Shown piece by piece: positions 1 to 19,386 of a stretch of 64,000 nucleotides of DNA. The translations under genes were made by a program, and so were the position numbers. Each line of letters starts with the position of its first letter. Position 1 is the first letter of the stretch. Source of the stretch: Salpingoeca rosetta (lineage: Eukaryota > Protista > Choanoflagellata); NCBI GenBank assembly GCA_033442325.1, contig JAWQFM010000023.1, positions 952,259-1,016,258 on the forward strand, given 5' to 3'. The notes under the pieces are model-generated. The model was given only the letters and a program-made list of their open reading frames with translations, made no database searches and was not told the origin of the DNA.

Positions 1-58
1 TTGCTGGCACTATGTTGTGTGTTGCTGTTCACACGGGTTGTGTTGTGGTCCCCTGCAG

Positions 59-1665
<1,607 letters not shown>

Positions 1666-1833
1666 GTCATCACACACACACACACACACGTGCTTGCACT
1701 GATGCATGCTAACAAATAGCATGGGCGTGGCATGTGTGGTTGTTGCTGTTGTCGTCGTGTCCTGCTCTCTTTCCTGACTCACTTCTTCACGGTGTTTGTT
1801 GAGTTGTTTCTTTCAACACTGTTTCTGGTTTTG

Positions 1834-1906
<73 letters not shown>

Positions 1907-2391
1907 GCCTGAACCGTTGGTGAGCTGATGGCCCCCTCTTCCCTGCGTGTCTTGCCTTCTTTCCCCATCTCCCCTCTTTCCATTTTCCATATCTGTCCTT
2001 GTTCTCTTGCTTTCGTCCTGACAACCCTTTGTTAGTCCATCCCTACACGACCCATCTGTCCGCACCTGCAACCCCAGCACCCCCAAGGTCTTTCTCTCTG
2101 CCTGCCCTTGCGTATGTGTGTGTTGCGTTGCTTGGTTTTATGTGTTACAAATTCACGTGTCCAATTGTGCACCCCTGTGCTGTCCCCCACACGCGTAAAC
2201 GGCAACATCAAAGAACACAGGAGGTCCACAAACGCATGGCAAGGAGTTGTATCTCCATCAGCACACGAGACGAGAACGAAATGTGGTGGACGATTGAGGC
2301 AGCAAACCAACACGATGAAGCCTCACACGCATGCACATATGCACACCACCACCACTACCACCACCACTACCACCACCACTGCATTGGTTGC

Positions 2392-6182
<3,791 letters not shown>

Positions 6183-6415
6183 GACGGCGGTGAAGGGGGG
6201 GGGGGATGTGTGGGCGTTGTTGTTGTTGTTGTTGTCTGGCTGCAATTGGCAAAGCCGCAGTTGCTGGTGCAATTTGCAACTTGGGCACAGAACCAGCAGT
6301 GAAGCACCAGCAGCAACCCACCTCACCTGCTCTGCCTGTCCTCATCCTCTCACCTCAACCGCATCACCTCAGCTCCACGCTCCTGGGCTTCGAGTCACCA
6401 ACGGTCCCCGCCACA
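6183..6415. promoter_or_regulatory. Putative bidirectional promoter between the kinase and the DmX-like gene
   Basis: Divergent ATGs at 6182 (-) and 6416 (+) separated by 233 bp. Confidence 0.5.
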
Positions 6416-9400
6416 ATGCGGGAAGAACAGCTCATCACCGGTGCGTACCCTTGTTGATCGAGTTTGTGTGCGAGCGCTGCCATTGTGTGGAAGAGTTGTT
6501 TTGTCTTGTGCATGATGTGTGTTCTCGTCAGCAGTACACCCAGTACATCTCTTCTTCTCACCCAAGCGCTGACTCACCTTGAGGGACAACCCCCTTCCTT
6601 TTGCCCTCTCATCCATTCCGCAGGAGCTCCAAACAGCTCCCCATATGTTCTGGCAGACGGCTACGTTGGCACCTTCAGATTCACGGTGTGTACGTATGTG
6701 TGTGTGTTTCCTCGTGTGTGTGTATGTATGTGTGTGTGTGTGTTTCCTCGTGTGTGTGTGTGTGTGTGTTTCCTCGTGTGTGTGTCCTTGTGTGTGTTTC
6801 CTTGTGTGCGTTTCCTTGTGTGCGTGTGTGGTTTTGGTGTGTTTGGTCGACGCTCACCGCATATACCACTACTTGCCACGACGTGTCATCTCTGTTTCAA
6901 CTAGGCGTATGCTTGCGGATCATCGATCGTGTTCCTGTCGCCGGATTTCGCGCACATCCAGTCTGTGCGACGACCAAGCAACCCAAACGACATTGTGTGC
7001 ATCGACTGCTCCCCACTCGACGGCAAAGTGAGTGCGCCAGCAAGTCGTCATTCTGTGGGAACTCCTGTATTGCGTGCGCGCAGTGGACCACGTCTGCAGT
7101 GCTTGTTCCTGTTCGTGCTTCATGGTCCCCGCTTCTACATTCCGGCGTTTTTTTTGTTGGGTCAACTCAACACCGTATCACACGCCCGCGTTGCTTGTGC
7201 ACAGTTGGCGGTGTCGCACGGAAACGAGGTTGTTGTGTACAAACCACACGCAGCCGCAACAGACAGCTCCACGCCTACCGAGGTGTGTTCTCTGTGTGTT
7301 TGTTTTCTAGGTGTGTGGTCCATTTGTTTCTGTGCACTGTGCACTGTTGACTGAGTACTGCGTACTGTTAACCCTGTGCGTGCGTTCATGTTGACTGTGC
7401 GTCCGAGTTCAACCTGCTCTTGCACGCCTTCTCCCTGCTTCATGTCACCTTGGTGCGTGCATGCACAATCACCCCCCCCCCCTCATCCCTTCACCGGTGC
7501 GTCTCCATCGCCATCTGGTTGTGTGGCAGCTCGCGACGCTGCAATGGCGGGAGCACGTGGTCATCCAGTTTGACACGCACAATGTGATGAGCCTGTCGTG
7601 GGATTCGCGCGGCGGGCGCCTGCTCACCGGCGGCGACCACATCACGCTGTGGTGCGACATGGTAAGCTCCTTTAGGTGGCGCGGAGGGGTGTTGCGCGGT
7701 ATGGGGACGACACGTGGGGTTGCGCGGATGGGGTGAGATGATGGGGGGGGGATGGAGAAGAGCAATATAGAGCCACATCCACACGCTGCTTATCACACAC
7801 ACACATCTACTCTCAACGCACACACACACACACTCAACACACACACTCAACACACACACACATGCATGCGCATTGATATGTGAATGTAGGCGCTGGTGGA
7901 TGATGCGTACACGGCGGCGGAGTGCAATGCAGACATCGTCAAGGGTCGCCTCGTTCCGCTCTGGATCAAAGCAACAGCCACACCAGTGCACCACCTGCAC
8001 TTCTCCCCAGGTCTGCCGCATACGTGCTTGTGATGTGTGCGTGTGTGTGTGTGTGCGTGTGATGTGTGTGTGCATGTGTGTGCATGTGTGCGCATGTGTG
8101 CGTGCATGTGTGTGTGTGTGTGTTTGCATGTAAGAATGTGTCAACCCTACCCCTGTTTCCGTGTTGTGGACGTGTTGCCCTCACCCTTTGCTCCCGTGTG
8201 CTTCTGTTCGCCTCACCCTCCACTTTGCTTCTTCCTCCCTCGTTGCTCCATCAGATGGGACGTTCTTCGTCTCTGCGGGCCCACACGACCGCCTGCCAAA
8301 GGTGGTGCACATCGGCAGTGGCAACGTGTCGCCTGCCCACACCCGATGCCTCCTCATGCTTCTCATACATGTGTTGTCACCCCTACTCTCTCGCCACTCT
8401 CACCTACACACATTCACACATACATTCACACACATTCACACACACACACATACACACATACACTCATGTGCTCCCCTTCAGCTGTGGTATCCGCGACACA
8501 AGCGGCGGCGCGCGCGTGACAGCAGCAGCCCGCCACCAACATATCCGCTGTTTGACTTCATCTACCTGCCGCACCCACGCGCCGTCACCTCCCTCTCATG
8601 GCGAGCAGAGCGCCCAAACGCAAGGTGTGGCTCTGTGTATGTATGTGTGTGTATGTGTGCGTATGTGTGTATGTGTATGTGTGTGTATGTGTGTGTATGT
8701 GTATGTGCATGTGTGTGTGTGATCGTGTACAACACATGTGCTTGTAGAAGTGTGAGGTGTAAGATGTGAGGGAAGGTACAAATGTACATGTGTGTGCATG
8801 TGCATGTGTTCTCGTATCGTTCCTTCCACTTGTACATGCTCACCACCATGACATGCCCTCATGTCCTCATACCACCACCACCACCACCCTGTCGTGCGCA
8901 GGAATGCGTTGCTGACGTCGTGTGCGGACAACATGTGTCGCATTTGGACGGAGACCTCCGCCTACGAAGAGCTCGGCTTCTTCTGCGCATGTGAGCACCC
9001 TGTTCGCCCCAGTGTTGTTGCACCTGTGTTTGTACCTCTGTGTGTGTATTTGTGCGCGTGTGTGCGTGTGTGCGCGTATTTATGTGTGTATTTGTGCGCG
9101 TGTGTGTGTTTTGTATGGGTGTGTTTGCCCGTGTGTGGCATACATTTACCGACCTTTTCACGTGTTCCTCCTCCACCTACCTCTCCAGCCAGCCATCTCA
9201 CCAGCTGTCCAACTTGTCACCCATTGCATTGTTTCAGACACGATTCCACCTGACTTTCCGGAGTCGCAAGCAAACTCCGTGCAGCTTCCGTTTGTCCTCC
9301 ACTGGCTCAACTTCAGGGTTAGAACAACCACACACACAACACACAACACACAACACACAACACATTCTTACACGCTCCTTCTCTCTTCGTCTCCTGCTCC

Positions 9401-10729
9401 ATTCCATGTTTGCCAGAGCTTCACCAACCCGGCCGAGCGCGCGTGGACAACAACAGCCAGCGCCGTGTCGTCGGAACTTGCGCCAACAGCAACAGCATCC
9501 GTCGCCACAGCCGGCACCACCAACCCCACGCACCACCACGACCACGACCACGACCACGCCTACGGCGACGACGTTACCGCTGGTCATGGTGGTGGCAATG
9601 ATGGTGGTGGCAATGGTATGCGTGCGACCTCTGATCAGGCGTCACTGCGGACGGGGGTTGAGCCTGATGCGTCACGCGATATCGTCGGCCTCAACGTCAC
9701 ATCACGCAGCAGGCGCGGCATGAAGTACGCCCCCGCCCCTCTCTTGCTCATTCGAGCTATCGTGGTCATGGTGATGGTGTGCATGATTGTGATGGTGTGT
9801 GTATTTGCGAGTGTGCGTGTGAGTGGATTCATTTTTGATGCGCGTGTGTGCTTCGCTCCGCATATGCTCATGTGTATGCTGCCGTGTTTGACATCTCCCC
9901 ACAAGTTACTGACTGTCGCGCACGCACGCACCCTGCTCACCCTTGCTCTTCGTCACACGGTGCACTACTGTGGTGGTAGCAGCAGTCTTGGTCGCAGCCT
10001 GTCTGCACAGCCGAGCAGCACCGCCCTCAACACCCTGGGACGCACACGCGCGGACACCCCATCCACGCAGCAGGGGCAGCACAGGGGTGGGTGCACACCG
10101 GCAATGCGTTTGCTCAATGATACGTGTGTCCATGTTTGCACTCTTCTTGCATTTTGTGAATTCCGCATCCAATGCGTTGACCACCAACACAAAACTGCAA
10201 CCACTCACAATCACACACACACTCGCACACACACGCACACACACGCACACACACGCACACACACGCACACACGCACATACATATACCCACACACACACCA
10301 CGCCAGGCGATGTGTTTGCGCCCCAGTTGCCGCGGAAAGGGCGCCACAAAGCGCCCAAGACCCTCGCTGGCCGCCGCATCCTCCCTCGCATTCGCGCATA
10401 CGACGCAGTACGTTCAACAACACCCCCGTGATTGCTTGTGTGACATTGCATGCGCGCACAGTTGACTCAAATGCAACCCCTTTTCACACCACCACCACCA
10501 CCCAATACCACCACGTCATTACAGGCGCCGCCCGAGCTTGTGTTCTACGTGCGCGCTGACGGCTCGCTCGCCTTCTGGTGCGTGGACGGCCTCGATCAAA
10601 GCCCAAGGTAACAAGACGCTCAACACACACACACACATACACATACACATGCGACATGAGTGGTCGACAAGGGATGCGGTGGAATGCAGGCTGCCGCTAC
10701 GTACTCACACACGTACACACACACACACA

Positions 10730-10764
<35 letters not shown>

Positions 10765-10808
10765 TGACACACACACACACACTCACTGACACACACACAC
10801 ACGTACAC

Positions 10809-10839
<31 letters not shown>

Positions 10840-11912
10840 TCAGGGTGCACCTGGTTGTCAAGTCGCTGTCCCGGAGCCCGCCCGTGATTCCGCTGTCGGA
10901 CGCCATCTCCCCCTGCTACCGCGTCCTCGTCCACTTCCCCGACATGCATGGCGCATCGCGTGAGGTTATGGCAAGGCGTGCCGAGCAGTTCCGGCGCCTG
11001 GCCACCACCATTCGCGCGCCGACGTCCTCCCGCACCAGTGCTGCGTGTGGCAGCGGTGACGGCGATGACGACGATGGCGAGGTTGACTCGTTCCCCATCA
11101 TGCTTGAGCTGCACCACTCCTCTGGTGTGCTGGCCAAGTGGCAGGTGTCGTTTGACCCCGGGTCGGCGCTCTCGTCCGTGTCCACGGTGGAGTGTCTTGC
11201 GAGGTGCGCGGGCCACACTGCTGACGTCGGTGCCGTTGTTGCCCACCCGACACTGCCCTGTGCTCTCTCCCTAGCCACGCACCACGGCCGCACACAGATG
11301 GTTCTCTGGAAGGTGAGATGAAGCGAAGTATTGAGGTACACCTTGAGTCGTCTTGTTCCCTGGTTTAGTGTGCTAGACTGCTCGAGTGCGCTGTTGCCCT
11401 CCATTCTTGCACACTGCTCACGCCCGTTTTTCTTGTTTTCCTTCTTGTCACAACACCACACACACGCACACACAGGCCAACGACATGGGCGTGATACCAG
11501 AGACCGCTCGGGCGAGCGGCTTGCTGCAGCTGGCACGACTCGATGTCCCCAGCACCAGCGCGCCTGTCAAGGCCGCGTTCGTCCCATCAACACACGCCGT
11601 GGCGTGGGTGGTGCAGACGGCACGCGGGCTGGAGCTGTTTGCCCTCGACTGCCAGGCCACGCGCAGCAGGATGACAGCGCCGAAACACCAGGACAAAGTC
11701 GTGCATCGTGTCGTGCCCTGTGGTGTGCTTGTGCCACTGCAGTCGCAGGACAACACGCCATCGTTGCCATCGTCACCATCATCATCATCCTCATCCTCAT
11801 CATCGTGTACGTTTGCCGTGTCTCAACTCCGCTCGAGCGACAGCGGTGAGGCGTCTTTCCTCCTCGCCATGACAGCTCCAACCACTTCTGCCAATGTCGG
11901 CATCACCATCTC

Positions 11913-11964
<52 letters not shown>

Positions 11965-14900
11965 GTACAGCTGTACTGCGTGTCATATCACTGCTCGCCC
12001 GTGCGGACCAAGCGGGCCGTGTTTCCGCAGCACCGCCTGTCCATGCCCGGCAGCATCCTGCTCGTCACGCCACCGACGCGCGTGTGTGTACAGCGGCTCA
12101 TGCCGGGTATCACGGACGCGTGTGCCGCTGATACGACCCACCTGCTCTCGCTCTCACGCCACGACGTGCTTGACCTTCGACTCGATGCGCCGTGGTCAGC
12201 CGTGTACGTTGGCGGCATCACAGCAGCAAACACCTTCTGGACAGCGCGCATTGCACACAGCCCAGACATGCGCACGCACAGCACTGGTTGTAGCGATGGT
12301 GGCGATGGTGGCGATGGTGACGAGGTGCCTGCGTTCCCTGACGCCAGCGTGAGTGTCACCATGTTGCCTGGATTGGCGCTGAGCAACACGCTGCCGTGCA
12401 ATCGCGGCGCCACCGCCGCGGCCTTCAGCTCGCTTGGGCGGCTTGCTGCTCCCATGCCAACGCCAGCAACCGATGGCACAGCCACCACAGCAGCCACCGC
12501 CACGAATGATGGTGACGATGGCAACGGTGGCGATGGCAATGGCGATGGGGATGTGTTTGGCGACGCGTCGTTGTCGTTCCATGTGCAGGACACCTTCTCT
12601 GTTGGCGTGTGGGAGGCCCTGAGCGACCACGGCCGCTGGCGGCTCGAGTCGTGCCTCACCTTCCACAGCCAAGTGCGGCACGTGGCGTGGTGCTCCACCT
12701 CCCGCGCCAACGACCTGCTCACCGTGTCCACAACCGACGCCGTGCACGTGCTGTCCCAGACGAGCAGCAGCGTGGATGGCGCGTGGGTGGAGGTGGCACG
12801 CGTGCCCATGACCAGGACACCCACCTCCATTGCAATGCTCCCCCGCGGCGTGCTGCTCACGGCATATGGCACGCGCATCACCGTTCACTCCAGCTGGTCC
12901 GTTGCAGACACGGACACGGACGTGGCATACGTGCACGTCAGAGGGAACGCATCACACACATCCGCAGCAGCAGCCAGTACACGCACTGGCCACGAACGCT
13001 CCCTCCTTCCCTGCATCTTCCAGCGGGCCAACGAGCACAACCGCACCCTGCCGCCCCACCACCCAAGCGTGCTGCAGCACATGCTGTGTCTTCCCAGCGG
13101 TGAGGATGCAGCAGGTGCTGTGCTGTCAAAGGTGGCGGCTGCACTCGCCACGCTCAAGACGTCCGCTGAAGAGGCCATGTCCTACATCTATGACGATACC
13201 GCCACACGCCGCTTCCACGAGACGCGAAAGAAGGAAGGTCTGCCGTGCGTGGATGTGGGCGCCATCCCCCTGCCAGAGCTCGCACGCTTGCTCGGTGTGT
13301 CCAGCGATGGCTCGGGAAGCAACACCGCCAGCACAACCGCAAACGGCAGCAGCAGCAGCAGCACGACAACGAACAGCACGGCGGCCACGACAGCTGCTGC
13401 GGGGCTGTTTGGCGCGGGAGCGGCCCAGACCAAGGCAGACAAGTCGCTTCTGTTCTCCTCTGCAACAGCGGACGGCAGCACGGCGCTAGGCGATGTGGAC
13501 GCTGCGACGCTGCTGACCAGTCCAGCCCAGCTGGCCGCCCTGACGAAATCGCTCTCACGCGTGCGCCTGGCCGGGCTGACTGACGAGGAGACGTACGCAC
13601 TGCGTGGCCTGCTGTCTGCGGCGCAGGAACTGAATGCACGACGCACCTCGCTCGACGCGTGCGGGCTTCGGTTTGTCGTCAGCCTGTCCCTGTTCCGTGC
13701 ACAGTGCGAGCTGGCTGCTGGCAAGTCGTCCAACGCAGCACATGGCACTTCCTCCTACTTTGGCAGCCGAGGGACCAGTACAGGTGGCGACAAGGGAAGC
13801 GGCGACGGCACCAACGGCAACACCACCACCACCACCACCACGATGCACGCCAAAGATTTCGTGTGGGCGCTGCATTCTGAAGCGCAAGACGTGCTGCTCG
13901 AGGTCGTGGCACCAGCAGTCCCACCAGGCGGTGGCGGTGGTGGCGATGGCCAGGGTGCGCTGACTTGGGCTGCCCTGCGCGCTGTTGGCTTTGGCTGGTG
14001 GGTGACCTCCATCACGCTGTTGAAGAAGACAATCGAGCGGGTGATGAAGGGCGCGTACAAGCGCGACTCAACGAGTCTGCTGGACGTGGCGCTGTTCTAC
14101 GTTGCCCTGGGCAAGACAACGCTGCTTGCCGGGCTGTTCAAAGTTGCCGGCGATGATCGCATGAACGGGTTTTTCCGGCACGACTTTAAGCAGGAGAGGT
14201 GGCGCACGGCTGCGCTGAAGAACGCCTATGCGCTGCTGAGCAAACAGCGGTTCCTGCATGCTGCCGCCTTCTTCCTGCTTGGTGGGGATCTGGACGGCGC
14301 GCTGAACGTGCTGGTGAAGAGTCTTCGTGATCCCCAGCTTGCCCTCACCATCTGCCGCCTGTGCGAGGACAGCCGTGTCGGCATTGCAACCCCAGGCAGC
14401 AAAAGTGACAACAACAACAGCAGCAGCAACACTACCACCACCATCAATGGTGGTGATGGTGGCCAGGGTGGCGACGGCGAAGACACGATGACGCCTTTGC
14501 AGAAGCTGCTGCGAGAGCGCCTGCTGCCCATGTTTGAGGCAGCGGGCGACATGTTTGGCCGGCACATTGCACTGTGGCACCTGCGCGACTACACGGGCGC
14601 TGTGGACGTGCTGCTGAACCACCGACCCGAGCCTGCGCTGTCGCTTGATGACGATGCTGCTGCCGGTGCGAGCAGCAAGGCATCGACATCGCATTCGCGA
14701 CTGGCGAGCACAAGCAGCGTGCGCACAACAGCGAGCGAAGGGAGGGGCGGCTACAGCAGCGGCAGCAACAGCAGGAGCGCAGCGGGCCAGGGAGACACCA
14801 CCACCAACCACTCGCTCACGTACCCTGCCGCTGTCACCGCATACACGCTGGCGCGACAGCTGATGGAGCACTCGCAAGTGCGAGGGAAGCGCACGCTGCG

Positions 14901-17810
14901 CGCACACATGTTCCTGAGTGCCGCGTATGCATACGCGCAGACGGGGCAGCCGCTGTTTGCCCTAACGGTGCTGCAGGAAATGGACGCACACCTTCAGACC
15001 ATCACACCAGCATCAGCGAGTGGTGGTGGCGGCGATGGTGATGGTGGTGACGGTGGCGGTGCTGGGGCCACTGTTGCTGAACCTGCGCAGCCCAAGATGG
15101 ACATGCAAGACATGATCAACTCTGGCACGTTTGATTTCGGCGCGTTTTCCTTTGGAGACGACGACGATGACTTTGGTGGCGGGTTTGGCGATCCAGGGAT
15201 GGCAACGGCAACGGAGAGCAGCACTGAGGCAGACACGGGGACGGCCAGAGACGCAGATGGTGGTGCCACGGCGTCCGGTGGTGCTGACGGTGTGAGTGAG
15301 GATGTGCGGGCTGTTGAAGGCGATGTGTTTGAGGCGACGCTGCTGTGGCGCGTGGAGCTGGGCAGCGCCATCATCAGCAGCGGGCTGGCGAGCTGGCTCG
15401 ATGCCACCAGCGACAGCAACAGCAACAGCAACGATGACGGTGACGGTAACCATGGCCATGGAGGTGCAGCTGGCGATCAACACGACGCAAGCAGCGTTGT
15501 TGAGACAGGAGAGGCAAGCACTGCCGACAGCACCAACAGCAGCGAGGGCGATGGTCATTGTAACGTGACGTGGCAGATGTCGGGCGCTCTCCTGCGCAAA
15601 ACCGTTGAGGTCTTGCAATGTCTTGGGCTCTCAGCAGCGTCAACAACAACAGCAGCAGCAGAAGCAACGTCAACAACGTCAACAACAGCAACAACAGCAG
15701 CAGAAGCAGCAACGGGATCGGTTACAGATGCAAACGCTGCCGCTGCTGCCGCGGACAGGGCGTTGGCGCGTGCGTTTGAGTTTGCTGTGCTACAGCGGTC
15801 TGTACTGGGCACATTCACCACATACAACCTGGTGGAGTGCATGCACTGCCTCGTTGGCCTTGAGCCTGCACTGGTGCCTCGCCTGCTGGACCACATGTCA
15901 CAGCAGCTGTTCCACTTCCTCACGCAGCGCCTCACGGAAGGCACCGGTGGGCTGGAGCCCATACACATGCGCTCGTGCCGCGTGCTGGCCGACGGTGTTG
16001 CGCGCGGCATGTGGCAGATTGCTGCGAGCGAGCGCCCGCCCGCGTGCTTTGTCACGCCAGAGCAGCTGGTGGAGTGGGTGGTGAGTGTGTACGGTGTGCT
16101 GGTGATGCTGGCGTGGGACGAGCGAAACCTGTCGTTGCTTGTACCTGCAGTGCAGCACGCGCTGCCAACGGCCCTGTACCGTGCCATCTTTGGTGTCGAC
16201 ATTGACAGCGCGGCGCAGGCGGCATCCGTGCTGAGCAAACCCCCGCCCGTGCTGCCGGCGACCGCGCACACGCTTGCGGAATACACGCTGCACCCGGTCA
16301 ACGAGGAGCAATTCCGCACGCTGGACGGCCTGAGCGATCTGGATCAGGTGGAGGTGGGGCGGGCAGAGCGCGACACGGTGGCCATGGACGCGTCGTGGCG
16401 ATACCGCTGGCGGCTGGTGGAGCTGCTGCTGTACGGCCTGATGGAGGTGACGGTGTTTGAGCACGTGTCCTCCGCCGGCATTGATGTGCAGGAGCTTGGG
16501 CGCGCCTCAAGCAACGTGTTTGCCGTGCTGCGTGGCATTGCGCAACAGCGGCAGCAGCTGTGCGCCGACCTGCACACTTCGCCCGTGCCCAGCGAGTTTG
16601 CAGAGCTGCTGATTCGCCCGCCCGGTGCGCACCCGGCAAGCAGCGTGTTCCGCGTGCGGCAGCTGCTGCAAGACACGTCAAACCCGTTTAGCGGCCTGGA
16701 TGCGCGGCGGCTGTGGTCGGTGCTGCTGGCGCACCCGCCCTTGCTGCAGTACGTCGAGCACCTCGTGCGCGGGAACATGGAGCTGCAGCAGGCAGCGGCA
16801 GTGGCAGCAGTGGCGACAGCGGACGCAGCTGCCACTGCGTCATCGTCGTCTTCAGCAGCTGCTGCAGTAACGAAGGCTGGCGGTGAGAGTGACACAGCAG
16901 GCGGCAGTGATGATGCTGCTGCTGCGATAACCAAAGCAGCGGCGGCGGCGACAACAAGCGAAGATGGCGGCATTGCGTGGGAGACGCTGTGCCACTTCCC
17001 CAGCGACGTGGCCTGTCTGCGTGTGATGCGCACGGGCACGATGCTTGTGGCCACCAGCAAGGACACGTATGAGTTTTCCAGCATCCAAGACCTCTATCCC
17101 GAGATGGCTGCCGGCGCTGGCGGTGGCGGTGCGACCCGCAATCAACACCATCACCACCACCATCACCACCATCAGCACGGCGGTGTGACGCATGCGCCCT
17201 GCTGTAGCGGTCCCCTGCGTACCGTGCCAGCGCCGCTGCTGTCCAGCATCAGCCCGGACGCGTCGCCAACGTCGCTCGCGTCCCCGCACACCCCGCTCAC
17301 CTCCGCCACTGTCACGCAACTGGAGACGCCTAGCGGCCCGCTACCTGTTGAGCCGCGGCCGTGGCGGGCAAAGCTCATCGCGCCACACCCCAAGTTCAAG
17401 GCGTATGTTGTGCAGGGCGACTCGCCGCACGAGCTGCTGGCACTGAAGGTTGGCGATGATTACGTGCTTGGGCGGTACATTGTTCCCAAGGACATTCGCG
17501 TGGCGTTTATTGGCTTTGATCCGCTGGGCTCGCGGCTGTTTGCTGCATCCAGCGAGGGGTTTGTGTGCTTCTGGCACTTTCGTCCAGCCGTGAAGAAGGA
17601 CCACTTTCGCCGCGTGTATGTGTCCTCGCACAAGATTGACGCAATCGCAATGGCGGCACCGTCGGTGTTTGCGTACAGCAGCGACACGCGGCTGCAGGTG
17701 CTTGACATGCTGCTGCTCTCGTCCAGGCCCGTCGTGTACGAGACGAAGTCGCCCGATGACGGCAGCATCAAGGCCCTCCACCACAGCCTCGAGCAGCACA
17801 CGGTGAGTCG

Positions 17811-17868
<58 letters not shown>

Positions 17869-17882
17869 GTGTGTGTGTATGT

Positions 17883-17979
<97 letters not shown>

Positions 17980-18495
17980 CGCGCTTGTTTGCTTGTTTGC
18001 GTCTTTCTTTCTCCCTTGCTTGCTTTGGACCCTTGCATATCCCGTTGCTTTGCCCCCCTCCCCCAGCACATTTGTTGCTCACAAGTTCTTACCTCACCCC
18101 CCCCCCCATGGCCACCACCACGATGATCATCACCACCACATCTCACTGCCTTTTTCCCGCCGCAGCTGTTCTGCGCTACGAGCCGTGGGTCCGTGTTCCT
18201 GGTGGACCTGGATGTGTATCAGCGCATCAAGACCATCAACCTCTTCGACAGCAGCGTGCGTGCGCTCGCCCCGCTCGTGGGCACGTTCATGCTCGCTGTG
18301 GCCTCAGACCTGACCATCAAGGTGTTTGATGTCTCGGAGCGCCACGCGTCCAAGACCGTGGCCAAGCTTCCGTCGCGGGCAAAGGTGTTTTCCACGCCAG
18401 CCATCAGCATCACCAGCGTGCCTGGTCGCGTCTTTGTCGCCAACAACGACGCCCTTCTCACGTGCACCACAGCGCAGGTGCTGGGGCTGCTGTAG
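6416..18495 (+). CDS. DMXL: DmX-like protein / Rabconnectin-3 alpha (RAVE subunit Rav1 family, WD40; V-ATPase assembly), multi-exon
   Basis: The N-terminus MREEQLITG-APNSSPYVLADGYVGTFRFT-AYACGSSIVFLSPDFAHIQ...CIDCSPLDGK-LAVSHGNEVVVYKP matches the DMXL start. Also present are YLPHPRAVTSLSWR and NALLTSCADNMCRIWTET. The Rav1p_C motif reads FFRHDFKQERWRTAALKNAYALLSKQRFLHAAAFFLLGG. C-terminal WD repeats follow, with a large exon at 11476-17802 and the stop at 18495. Confidence 0.93.
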
Positions 18496-19386
18496 TGTGT
18501 GTGTGTATGTGTGATTGTGTGTGTTTGTACATGTGTGTGTTTGTGTTTGTGTTTGTGCATGTGTTTGTGTTTGTACATGTGTGTGTGTTTGTGTTTGTAC
18601 ATGTGTGTGTGGTTGTGTTCGTACATGTGTGTGTGTGTTTGTGTTTGTACATGTGTGTGCTTGTGTTTGTTTGTGTGCGTGTGTGCGCGTGTTTGTCTGT
18701 GCATGCACCATTGTGTGCTGTTGTTTGGTCTGTGGTGAGCTGTTGTTGTTGTTACACACAAGAGTACTGCTTCCCTTCCTCCATTTGCAATAGACGAAAC
18801 GCCACAACTCAGCACCGTGCGTGAGTGTGTGCGTGTGTGCTGGACTTTTGTGTGCTGGACTTGTCTCTCTGTGCATTGCGTTCATGTGCTGTACGAAGGG
18901 GAAATGAATCAAACAGAGGCAGCGAGTGAGACCGTCAAGAAGGGCAATGAACATTAAGAAAGGATGTGCCATGCATCGTTCGTCCTTGTCACAGGGGCAA
19001 CACAGACAAGGAACACTCTGTGCTACAGAGCCAACTATTGCTTCTTAAGGTGATGATGAAGGAGGGGGGAAAGGACACGAACAAAAAGGGTCATGAAGGC
19101 GACACAAGGAGCTGAAAGGCAGTACGAAACAAGCAAGCGGCATCACTTGGGATGCACACGCACGACACACACGCACGACGCGCACGCACGCATCACAAGC
19201 ATCAAGACAGGAACAAACAACGACGCAAACACAGACACAGTCACCGCACACGAGCAGCCACATACACCACGGAACAGCAACCAAACACCAGCAACCACAG
19301 CATCCCCAAGACACCCATGTAAGCACACAGCCCATCAAAGCAAGAGCTCCACCACCCCCAGATACAAGCTCAGCACAGCGCTGCGA

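Noticed and set aside
11894-17446. Long antisense and alternate-frame ORFs overlapping the DMXL large exon
   Set aside because: These are expected shadows of GC3-rich coding sequence and show no recognisable domains.
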